41,022 nt of DNA from Candidatus Bathyarchaeota archaeon (GTDB lineage: Archaea > Thermoproteota > Bathyarchaeia > Bathyarchaeales > Bathycorpusculaceae). Location: the NCBI GenBank assembly GCA_030017755.1, contig JASEJA010000003.1, positions 2,550-43,571 on the forward strand. Reading direction: 5' to 3'. This document shows, piece after piece, positions 27,173 through 35,206 of this stretch. Position 1 is the first letter of the stretch, and the number at the start of each line of letters is the position of its first letter. A program made the position numbers and the translations under genes. Below the pieces are notes generated by a model. It saw nothing but the letters and a program-made list of their open reading frames with translations, had not been told where the DNA came from and did no database searches.

Positions 27173-27238
27173 AATGCTTATTTATAAACTTCAACGGTTA
27201 AAATAATTACCTTTCAAAACCAGGGAAGCCTCAAAACC

Positions 27239-28105
27239 ATGATTAACGAAAAACTTTCAGCAAAAAATGTAGCCTTAATCGTTTGCTTCACAGCCTTATA
27301 CACCGTTTTTGGCTTTATACCCATTTCGCCAATAATTGGTTTGCCAGGCAAAACCATAACGGCAGCTGCAATAATGGCGCCGGTAATCGGCATAATCCTT
27401 GGACCATACATTGGAACATTGTCCACAATATTAGGCGGAACCATCGCCTTTTTTGCTGGCACTTTTTCTCCGCCAAGTTTAGTTTCCGGCGGCGTTACAA
27501 CGTTTTGTTCTGGTACTCTTTACTTTCGCAAGCGAAGCCTCTGCACCTTCGCTTACTTCTCCCTCCTGTTTCTTTTCGGTTTTTATCCTTTTGTTGGTCC
27601 ATTTTGGCTTTATCCACCATTAATGTGGTTTCAAATAGTTGGTTTTCTAATTCTCATTTCGCCATTACAATCTAAAGCTATTGAAAATTTGAACTCTAAA
27701 AAAGTTTTGAAACTTTTTCAAGCTTTTTTCATAACCTCTCTCACATCAACTTTGGCTGGTCAAATTGCTGGTTCCTTAGTTTTTGAAGTTCTCGCTTGGC
27801 CCATTTTTATGGCAGATGTGGATGTTTGGAGGGCTACATGGCAATTTTTAACATTCATTTACCCTGTTGAAAGGATACTCATCGCATTGATGGGAACACT
27901 TATTGGAACAACTTTACACAATATTCTGAAAACTGCAAATTTAAGCTCTCTTTTAACCATTCCGCTCAGCAAGAAAGGTGCCAATAAAAATGCATTCTTT
28001 TTGGAGCATAGCCATATCTGCAGAACCGTAAACGCCATCATCAAAATCCACATTAGCATCCTTAATAACTACCAGAGGAGTTTTCTCCGCTGCTTCTCCC
28101 ATTAA
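27239..28105 (+). CDS. Polytopic membrane protein, possibly an ECF-transporter S-component-like substrate carrier
   Basis: Multiple hydrophobic helices. The N-terminal SAKNVALIVCFTALYTVFGFI pattern resembles ECF S components. The last ~50 codons are antisense to cofE and may not be biologically meaningful. Confidence 0.3.
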   Translation: MINEKLSAKNVALIVCFTALYTVFGFIPISPIIGLPGKTITAAAIMAPVIGIILGPYIGTLSTILGGTIAFFAGTFSPPSLVSGGVTTFCSGTLYFRKRSLCTFAYFSLLFLFGFYPFVGPFWLYPPLMWFQIVGFLILISPLQSKAIENLNSKKVLKLFQAFFITSLTSTLAGQIAGSLVFEVLAWPIFMADVDVWRATWQFLTFIYPVERILIALMGTLIGTTLHNILKTANLSSLLTIPLSKKGANKNAFFLEHSHICRTVNAIIKIHISILNNYQRSFLRCFSH

Positions 28106-28732
28106 GAAATGTGCCGCAGAAGCCAAATCATCAGCAACAGCATGCTGTGTGATCATTATTTGCTTTCCATAAATGTCCTTTTCTCCTCTTCTATCTTTTA
28201 TAGGTTTGAAACCAGCCACAGCCAAAGCTAAACCAACGGTGCCCTTTCTAAGCGGCACTAAACCACTGTCAACAATTAAAACACCCACCCGCTTGCCCGT
28301 CCTATTTTTAATTTCTTCTCTTATATAGCTCGCCCATTTTTGAGGGTTGCTCGACCATAATATTGCATAATCTATAGGAGCATTTTTATTGTCTATTCCA
28401 GCATTGGCTGTTAAAATTCCATTTTTAAGCGTCAAAACAGCCTTCTCAACCCCCCCATAAATTTTGTCCGCTTCTTTTAAAATTAGTTCTGCAAAAGCTG
28501 GTTGCAGGGAAAATTTTTTTGCTAACTCTTTTGCCTTTTTTGAAGGTTTAATTTCGCTCAATCTTGCTAGGCGATTTTCTGCATAAGCAATAAGTTTCGA
28601 TGTTAGAGCTAGTATGTCATTGTTTTCAGGTTCTAAACCTTGTTTATTCATAGCTTCAAGAATAACATCAACCAAATTATCGCCAACAATGATAACCCTT
28701 GTTTTAACACTATAAAGTCTCAACAATTTCAT
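27953..28732 (-). CDS. cofE: Coenzyme F420-0:L-glutamate ligase
   Basis: Typical CofE blocks (ALTSKLIAYAENR, AGIDNKNA, VLIVDSGLVPLRKGTVGLALAVAGF, DRRGEKDIYG) and ~259 aa length. Confidence 0.8.
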   Translation of the reverse strand: MKLLRLYSVKTRVIIVGDNLVDVILEAMNKQGLEPENNDILALTSKLIAYAENRLARLSEIKPSKKAKELAKKFSLQPAFAELILKEADKIYGGVEKAVLTLKNGILTANAGIDNKNAPIDYAILWSSNPQKWASYIREEIKNRTGKRVGVLIVDSGLVPLRKGTVGLALAVAGFKPIKDRRGEKDIYGKQIMITQHAVADDLASAAHFLMGEAAEKTPLVVIKDANVDFDDGVYGSADMAMLQKECIFIGTFLAERNG

Positions 28733-29013
28733 CCTCCATGAATAACTGGAACAAGGACAATTTCATCTCCATCCTTAACCAAAGTTTCCAAACCATTCAA
28801 AACGCTGATTTCCTTTCCATTCACAAGTATTAGGGCATTAGGTCTTGGGTCTTCAAGCTCAGGGTCAATAAGCGCCCGCTTAAGGCCAGGAACCTCTTCA
28901 ACTATTTTCTTCACAACTTTCTTTATCGATGTGGTGTCTTTAATTCTAATGGTAATCTTGTCTCTGCTCGAGATTGTGCGGAAAGCGCCAATAAAATTCA
29001 CAGTTACAACCAT
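28729..29013 (-). CDS. MoaD/ThiS-family ubiquitin-like small protein (SAMP-like) ending in GG
   Basis: 94 aa, beta-grasp pattern ...NGKEI....L...V.DGDEIVLVPVIHGG with a C-terminal diglycine. The stop overlaps the cofE start (ATGA). Confidence 0.7.
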   Translation of the reverse strand: MVVTVNFIGAFRTISSRDKITIRIKDTTSIKKVVKKIVEEVPGLKRALIDPELEDPRPNALILVNGKEISVLNGLETLVKDGDEIVLVPVIHGG

Positions 29014-29027
29014 CTCATTTCCCCGTC

Positions 29028-30404
29028 TTATAGTACTATAATCATTGAAATATCATTCACGTTCGTGCCTGTTGGACCAGTGAAAATTAGGTCTTCAAGT
29101 TTTGAGAAGAAACTGTAGGAGTTATTTTCAGCAAGGTATTCCTCCGGGGTTAATCCTTTCCTTGCTGCTTTCTCTAATGTTTTTCCATCAACTATTGCTC
29201 CTGCAGCATCCGTTGGACCATCAATGCCATCTGTGCTTATTGAAGCCAAAACCGCACCATCCATACCATTTATTTTTAATGCTGCCGCCAATGCTATTTC
29301 TTGGTTTCTTCCCCCTTTACCTTTTCCAGTGATTGTTACCGTTGTTTCTCCTCCAGCGATTATTCCGGCTGGTTTTGGAATGGGATTTCCGGAAATGGAA
29401 ACTTCGTGGGCTATGGAGGCAAGCATCGTTCCAACATGTCTGGCTTCGCCTTCTAATGTTGCGGTCAGCAAAAGCGTGTTTAATCCTTCTGATTTTAGGC
29501 AGTTTTGGGCTGTTTGGCTGGCAAGCCTATTATTTCCAATAACCACATTGAAGACTTTCTTAAATGCTTCATCATTGGCTTTTGGCGTTTCTGGAATTTT
29601 GCCCCCTTCTCCCTCTAACAAAACCTTTCGGATTGATGCTGGAGCCCTTTCCCACAGCCCATATTTTTTCAAAACTTTTATGGCGTCGCTGAAAGTTGTG
29701 GAATCTGGAACTGTTGGACCTGAGGCAATAAAATCTAATGGGTCGCCAACCACATCTGAGAGGATAAGGTTTAGGATTGTTGCTGGATAAGCCTTCTTTG
29801 CAAGCCAACCCCCTTTAAAATCTGATATGTGCTTTCGCACAGTGTTAATCGCGTTTATTGTTGCACCACATTTTAACAAAGCATCTGTAATTTCCCGTTT
29901 ATCGTTGATGGTTATTTCGCCGCGGGGCAAAGGCATGAGACTTGAACCTCCGCCGGAAATCAAACAAATGATTAAATCGTCCTTTTCTGCTATTTCTGCC
30001 ATTTCGAGCATCTGCCGAGTCCCTTTCACACCTGAATCATCTGGAATTGGATGGCTTGCTTCATGAAGCTTTATAAGGTCTGTTTTGTGCTTGCTACCAT
30101 AAGGAACGTTAACAAATCCCCTTTTTATTAAGCGACCTAGAACTTGCTCTAAGGCTTCAGCCATTGAACCGCTTGCCTTGCCACCACCCACCACATAAAC
30201 GTTCTTGAACTTCTTCAAATTAAACCTATATTTATCAACATGAAGGATTGAGCTTTTCAATAAGACCTTTGATTTTATTATCTGTTTTGGGTCAACAGCA
30301 TTTAATGCAAATTCAAGGCTTTTCAGAGCTAACTCTCTAGCTTTCTGGTTAAGCTGTGTCTCGCCATTCTTTACGAGTTTTTCTTTATTCTTTATAGTTA
30401 TCAT
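29028..30404 (-). CDS. gckA: Glycerate 2-kinase (DUF4147 + MOFRL domains; TtuD/GckA family)
   Basis: VVGGGKASGSMA, LISGGGSSL and GGETTVTITGKGKGGRNQEIALAAAL motifs. Confidence 0.8.
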   Translation of the reverse strand: MITIKNKEKLVKNGETQLNQKARELALKSLEFALNAVDPKQIIKSKVLLKSSILHVDKYRFNLKKFKNVYVVGGGKASGSMAEALEQVLGRLIKRGFVNVPYGSKHKTDLIKLHEASHPIPDDSGVKGTRQMLEMAEIAEKDDLIICLISGGGSSLMPLPRGEITINDKREITDALLKCGATINAINTVRKHISDFKGGWLAKKAYPATILNLILSDVVGDPLDFIASGPTVPDSTTFSDAIKVLKKYGLWERAPASIRKVLLEGEGGKIPETPKANDEAFKKVFNVVIGNNRLASQTAQNCLKSEGLNTLLLTATLEGEARHVGTMLASIAHEVSISGNPIPKPAGIIAGGETTVTITGKGKGGRNQEIALAAALKINGMDGAVLASISTDGIDGPTDAAGAIVDGKTLEKAARKGLTPEEYLAENNSYSFFSKLEDLIFTGPTGTNVNDISMIIVL

Positions 30405-30497
30405 TTGTTTGCCCTAACATGAATTATGGTTAACTGCGTAATTGTAATAAGCTAATACTAATAAAGAATTCCACAAATCTTTGCTCGGTGAATCAGT

Positions 30498-31499
30498 ATG
30501 CCAAAACCAAAAGTTTACGTTACACGCGAGCTTCCAGAAAGAGGCTTGAAAATAATTAAGGAGCATTTTGACGCTGAAATTTGGCCAGAGTACGCTCCGC
30601 CGCCTAAAAAAGTGATTATAGAGAAGGCTAGAAATGTTGACGCCCTTGCCACGCTTTTGTCTGATAAGATAGATGCTGAAGTTTTTGATGCTGCACCAAA
30701 ATTAAAGATTGTTGCTCAGATGGCTGTGGGTTTCGATAACATAGACATTTTAGAAGCCACAAAAAGAGGAATATACGTAACGAACACGCCAGAAGTTTTA
30801 ACGGATACAACAGCAGATTTCGCTTGGGCTTTGTTATTGGCTGTAGCCAGAAGGGTTGTTGAAGCAGACAAGTATGTTCGCAGTGGACAGTGGAAGGTCG
30901 GTTGGCATCCCATGATGATGCAAGGCAGAGACGTTCACGGCGCAACATTAGGCATAGTTGGTGCTGGAAGAATAGGATTCGCAGTTGCAAAAAGAGCCAC
31001 AGGCTTTGACATGAAAATCCTCTTCTACGATGTTATACCCAGACCAGAAATGGAAAAACTAGGCGCAAAACAAGTTGACATGAATACCCTTTTAAAAGAA
31101 TCAGACTTTGTCAGCATCCACGTACCGCTAATGAAAGAGACTTACCACCTAATAAACGAGGAAAAGCTAAAACTTATGAAGAAAACCGCTTATTTGATAA
31201 ACAATTCTCGCGGACCAGTTGTCGACGAGAAAGCCTTGTATCAAGCGTTAAAAGAAGGTAGAATAGCTGGCGCAGCCCTCGACGTTTTCGAACAAGAACC
31301 CACACCAGTGGATAATCCTTTGCTAAAACTTGACAACGTGGTTGTTGCTCCACATATATCAAGTGCAAGCTATGAAACTCGCTCTAGAATGGCTGAAATG
31401 GTTGCAGAAAATTTGGTGACATTCTTTAAGGGAGAAAAACCGCCAAACCTAGTCAATCCAGAAGTAATGAAAGTTAGACCATTACAAAAGCAATTTTAA
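30498..31499 (+). CDS. gyaR: Glyoxylate/hydroxypyruvate reductase (D-isomer-specific 2-hydroxyacid dehydrogenase)
   Basis: KPKVYVTRELPERGLKIIKEHF..EIW N-terminus like archaeal GyaR, GIVGAGRIG NAD motif, and the NNSRG...ALDVFE.EP...PH catalytic blocks. Confidence 0.8.
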   Translation: MPKPKVYVTRELPERGLKIIKEHFDAEIWPEYAPPPKKVIIEKARNVDALATLLSDKIDAEVFDAAPKLKIVAQMAVGFDNIDILEATKRGIYVTNTPEVLTDTTADFAWALLLAVARRVVEADKYVRSGQWKVGWHPMMMQGRDVHGATLGIVGAGRIGFAVAKRATGFDMKILFYDVIPRPEMEKLGAKQVDMNTLLKESDFVSIHVPLMKETYHLINEEKLKLMKKTAYLINNSRGPVVDEKALYQALKEGRIAGAALDVFEQEPTPVDNPLLKLDNVVVAPHISSASYETRSRMAEMVAENLVTFFKGEKPPNLVNPEVMKVRPLQKQF

Positions 31500-31530
31500 C
31501 ATGAATTCACAACCAGCTTTACTGCAACAG

Positions 31531-31581
31531 TTAAATATCCCTTGTTTTTACCTTTCTCTTTCTCTTCAAAACAAAAGGTGA
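31531..31581 (+). promoter_or_regulatory. TATA-like box (TTAAATAT, 31531-31538) and SD-like AAGGTGA (31575-31581) upstream of the aminotransferase GTG start
   Basis: Read directly. The SD lies 5 nt before GTG 31587. Confidence 0.35.
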
Positions 31582-31586
31582 TTTAA

Positions 31587-32759
31587 GTGAGCACTATCTT
31601 TGCCAAGAGAATGGAAACTTTAGGAACAGAAACGGCTTTTGAAGTGCTCGCAAAAGCAAAGGCGCTAGAAAAACAAGGGAAAGATATCGTGCATTTAGAA
31701 ATAGGCGAACCAGATTTTGACACACCAAAAAACATCAAAGAGGCTGCGGTAAAAGCCCTCTATGAGGGGTATACCCATTATGTTCCATCCGCTGGAATCC
31801 CAGAGCTGAGAGAAGCAATCGCTGAATACATTTCCAAAACAAGAAGAATAAAGGTTGAACCAGAAGAAGTTGTTGTAACACCCGGCGCCAAACCAATAAT
31901 GTTTTTCGCCATACTCGCTTGTGTAAATCCCGGCGAAGAGGTTCTTTATCCAAATCCGGGTTTTCCAATTTACGAGTCAGTCATAAATTTTGTTGGAGCC
32001 AAACCCGTGCCAATACCGCTTTTGGAAGAAAATGACTTTAGAATGGATCATGAATATTTGAAAAAGAAAATAACAAAAAATACAAAAATGATTATCATAA
32101 ACTCTCCAGAAAACCCCACAGGTGGCGTTTTAACTAAAGAAGACTTGAAAGTTATAGCTGATTGCATCTCAAACAGAGATGACGTCCTTGTACTTTCGGA
32201 CGAAATTTATAGCAGAATAATCTACGAGGGCGAACACGAAAGCATCGCTTCTCTTCCAAGGATGAAAGAGAAAACCATTATACTGGACGGTTTTTCAAAA
32301 ACCTATGCCATGACAGGTTGGAGACTCGGCTATGGTGTAATGCGAAAAGACATATCCCAAAAAATTGCCCAACTTATGATCAACTCAAACTCTTGCACCT
32401 GCACTTTCATCCAAATGGCCGGCATCGAAGCCTTAAAAGGACCGCAAAATGAAGTGGAAAAAATGGTTGCTGAATTCAGAAAAAGAAGAGAAGTAATAGT
32501 TTCAGGGTTGAATAAGATTAAGGGCATAACGTGCAAAAAACCTCGTGGAGCCTTCTACGTATTTCCAAACATAAAAGGAACAGAAATGGACTGCCGCCAA
32601 CTTGGAGATTACTTGCTTAATGAAGCTGGTGTGGCTGTTTTACCTGGCACATCTTTTGGAAAATATGGTGAAGGCTATTTACGTTTGTCCTTTGCCAACT
32701 CTATTGAGAATATTAAAAAGGCTTTAGACCGCATATCTAAGGCTCTTGAAAAACGATAA
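31587..32759 (+). CDS. Class I pyridoxal-phosphate-dependent aminotransferase (aspartate aminotransferase family)
   Basis: LEIGEPDFDTP, NSPENPTGG and SFSKTYAMTGWRLGY (PLP-lysine) motifs. Substrate not determinable from sequence. Confidence 0.8.
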   Translation: MSTIFAKRMETLGTETAFEVLAKAKALEKQGKDIVHLEIGEPDFDTPKNIKEAAVKALYEGYTHYVPSAGIPELREAIAEYISKTRRIKVEPEEVVVTPGAKPIMFFAILACVNPGEEVLYPNPGFPIYESVINFVGAKPVPIPLLEENDFRMDHEYLKKKITKNTKMIIINSPENPTGGVLTKEDLKVIADCISNRDDVLVLSDEIYSRIIYEGEHESIASLPRMKEKTIILDGFSKTYAMTGWRLGYGVMRKDISQKIAQLMINSNSCTCTFIQMAGIEALKGPQNEVEKMVAEFRKRREVIVSGLNKIKGITCKKPRGAFYVFPNIKGTEMDCRQLGDYLLNEAGVAVLPGTSFGKYGEGYLRLSFANSIENIKKALDRISKALEKR

Positions 32760-32765
32760 TGTCTT

Positions 32766-33158
32766 TTAATCCTCTATTTTTTCTCCAGTTAAAGTTTCAA
32801 CTATGTCAGAGGCTAATTGAACTAAATTATCCGCTTTCTTCATAGTTATTTCTCCATTCACTTCTCCCACCTGTGCAAGTTGCTGCACCATTCCTTCGAT
32901 TTGCACTAAAAACTTTAATACAGGGTCATTTATCGTCTGAGTTTTTTCCGCAGCTTCTCTTATGACAATTTCTACAAATGCTGGTTCTCCAAGGCTATAG
33001 TAAATGGCGTTTCGCGCTTTTCTAATAGCTTCTAAAACTAAAGTTGGAGCCATGTAAGGCAACTTTCTTGCTGCTTCAAGCTCCGCCTTTGCCTCTCGTA
33101 AGTATCGATGCGCCCATTCTCTTCTGTATTCATCCATCATTTGCATCAGCTTCTCCAC
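32766..33158 (-). CDS. Hypothetical all-helical protein (loosely HEPN/PaREP1-like)
   Basis: 130-aa ORF in tight spacing with neighbours. Helical heptad-like sequence (YLREAKAELEAARK...) with no catalytic R-x4-6-H motif seen. Confidence 0.3.
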   Translation of the reverse strand: MEKLMQMMDEYRREWAHRYLREAKAELEAARKLPYMAPTLVLEAIRKARNAIYYSLGEPAFVEIVIREAAEKTQTINDPVLKFLVQIEGMVQQLAQVGEVNGEITMKKADNLVQLASDIVETLTGEKIED

Positions 33159-33193
33159 GTGTTTCTTAAAAGGATTAAAAGGGTTTTATAAGG

Positions 33194-33415
33194 TTACTCT
33201 TCTTCTGAAGTTTCGTTTGATGATGCCATTTGGGTTCCAGCGAAAGCATGAGTTATGTACCCCGCAATCTGATTTCTCACTTTCGCCGTTCCTCCTATTA
33301 TGAGCTTATCAACCATGCGTTTGTTGTTTTCAAAATTATTGGAGAACTTGTCAGGAAAGCGTCGAATAAGTTCTTTGGCTAATCGTTTAATCTGTTCTGT
33401 CCGCACATTTCCCAA
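33194..33415 (-). CDS. rps17e: 30S ribosomal protein eS17 (S17e)
   Basis: MGNVRTEQIKRLAKELIRRFPDKFSNNFENNKRMV matches the S17e N-terminus. Confidence 0.85.
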   Translation of the reverse strand: MGNVRTEQIKRLAKELIRRFPDKFSNNFENNKRMVDKLIIGGTAKVRNQIAGYITHAFAGTQMASSNETSEEE

Positions 33416-33861
33416 CTTCTAGTTTCCTCCAAAGCGCAAGCAAACAAGCAATCTTTGCAGAGATGCAGTAAAGAAAAGAATAATTTAACCTTTCTCAGCC
33501 CAAACTTAAAATAAAGTAATTAAATCGCCTCAATCCATGCAAGTTTAGTATAATATATCGATTTTTGATATATGTTCGCATTCGAAAGAACTGATTTATT
33601 AAGATATACGATAAGTATAAGGGGAGATAACAGATTGAACTCAAAAATAAACCTTAATCCGCTGGAAAAATCCTCCTCGGAAAGAATTGAAATACTCAAG
33701 GCAAGGACATTAATTTTTTCAATCTTGTTTTACCGTAGATGCGCCTAAGGTTTTCATGTCCTAGAATGCTTCAAGTAAGCGGCTGTGAAACCGAATTAAT
33801 CAATCCATTACTTCGAAAAACTCATAAGCAAACCATTTTCATAACAGAATAAAAATGATGG

Positions 33862-34269
33862 ATGTGTCAAGTTTTGAAGAACTGTGAAAGAATATTTCCA
33901 TTCATAAAAACTTATGGAAGCCTAAGGGAAGTGCTCACAGACCATGATTTGGCATCACTCGGAGATGCATACATAAACTTTGTTTACTCATTAGCTTTGT
34001 CCAACAGAAGGGGAAAAGCCTCTGGAGCAAAAGTTAAAGGGCAAGCGCTTGCGGAGGCGCTTAGAAAAGCTGGGTTAAGAAAGTATTTACCATCAAGAAT
34101 GACGAGCCATGTGCTTGCTGATGCGGCAGAAGCCTTAATAGTTTATGGTTGGCTCCGTAACTGCATAAGATTAGAAGAGAGTGTTGCAACATTAGAAAAG
34201 AGCGATGCCCTTGTTGATGCGTTAACTCAACTGCTATCGGCTGTAAAGGAGAGAATCAAATTTTCTTGA
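33862..34269 (+). CDS. RNase III catalytic-domain-like protein without dsRBD (mini-III-like)
   Basis: LASLGDAYINFVYSLAL parallels the RNase III signature (E)xLEFLGDAxL. VLADAAEALIVYGWL parallels LADAFEALIGAIYL. Only 135 aa. Confidence 0.5.
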   Translation: MCQVLKNCERIFPFIKTYGSLREVLTDHDLASLGDAYINFVYSLALSNRRGKASGAKVKGQALAEALRKAGLRKYLPSRMTSHVLADAAEALIVYGWLRNCIRLEESVATLEKSDALVDALTQLLSAVKERIKFS

Positions 34270-34540
34270 GTGCCTTTTCAATTTCCTTCCTAAATTTCTC
34301 ATTCATTTCGCGGGTTTTTTCCACAGCCTTCAGTAGAGCACTTTTAGATTCCACATTGCCCTTGGTTCGAACATAAATGATGGAGTTTGAGGCTAGGGGG
34401 TGTGGTATGTTATACCCAGCTAAATCCACGTTTTCATCTTCTAAAAGTCTTTTTTGAAGTAGGTTGCAGAGAGTATGCCCCATACCTTCAACTTCTATTT
34501 TGAGTTCATTTGAGGTTTTTTTCAAAGTTTTGATTTTCAT
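34256..34540 (-). CDS. rpo11: DNA-directed RNA polymerase subunit L (Rpo11)
   Basis: ELKIEVEGMGHTLCNLLQKRLLEDENVDLAGYNIPHPL is the Rpo11/RpoL signature. Confidence 0.85.
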   Translation of the reverse strand: MKIKTLKKTSNELKIEVEGMGHTLCNLLQKRLLEDENVDLAGYNIPHPLASNSIIYVRTKGNVESKSALLKAVEKTREMNEKFRKEIEKALKKI

Positions 34541-34558
34541 ATTGTATTCTTCCTTTGC

Positions 34559-35140
34559 TTATAGCATTCCTTTTCCGTAATCTAAAGCAATTTTGCGCTT
34601 TTCAATTTTTCCACATCGTGCGCAACGCATAATATAACGTTTCAGTTCCAACATGTAGCCACATCGGGAACAAAAAGCGTAAACAACACCCAACTCCCTG
34701 TCTTTGGTGTATAAATGGTAAACTCGATTTTTTTCGCTAATAACTTTAGCTCTAATGATGTCTCCTGGTTTGCACACATCAAACATCGATTTAACATAGG
34801 TTTGCTGCACGTCTGAAACGTGAAGGATCCCGGAGAAAAAACCTGATAGAGGATTATTGCCTATTTTGAAAATTCTCACACCAGCGTTTTCGGTTTGGAC
34901 ATATGAAACTTGCCCCAACACTACACTTCCAACTTTGGGGATTCTTGCTTTGGGAATTAAGGGATAAACAGAAACACGCTTATTCAAAAAGTCAAGTAAG
35001 GCTCGCCCGACAATTTTGGAGTGGATTATCCCCCCCATAACATAGGTTCCAACATCTGGAATAAACTCTTCAATAACGCCTAACCGCTCACCAGGCAACA
35101 CAAACTTACCGCTTTCCCTTTCAGATGACACTGCATTCAT
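34559..35140 (-). CDS. csl4: Exosome complex RNA-binding subunit Csl4
   Basis: VLPGERLGVIEEFIPDVGTY N-terminal domain, S1 domain, and C-terminal zinc ribbon CSRCG...CARCG. ATG at 35138-35140 is preferred over the upstream TTG at 35176. Confidence 0.8.
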   Translation of the reverse strand: MNAVSSERESGKFVLPGERLGVIEEFIPDVGTYVMGGIIHSKIVGRALLDFLNKRVSVYPLIPKARIPKVGSVVLGQVSYVQTENAGVRIFKIGNNPLSGFFSGILHVSDVQQTYVKSMFDVCKPGDIIRAKVISEKNRVYHLYTKDRELGVVYAFCSRCGYMLELKRYIMRCARCGKIEKRKIALDYGKGML

Positions 35141-35206
35141 TTTAAACCAGCACTCTACTTTTCTATGCCACCTCAATAAACCTTTTGATTGATGAACGAT
35201 TAAATT

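Noticed and set aside
27214-27462. 82-aa minus-strand ORF overlapping the start of the membrane-protein gene
   Set aside because: It is antisense to the hydrophobic N-terminus of the plus-strand gene. Its own hydrophobicity is the mirror-image artefact of that frame.
29102-30066. Long plus-strand ORFs (29102..29332, 29224..29790, 29333..29542, 29827..30066) and the minus-strand alternate-frame ORF 29572..29808
   Set aside because: They are antisense to, or out of frame with, the well-supported glycerate kinase gene. They show no family resemblance.
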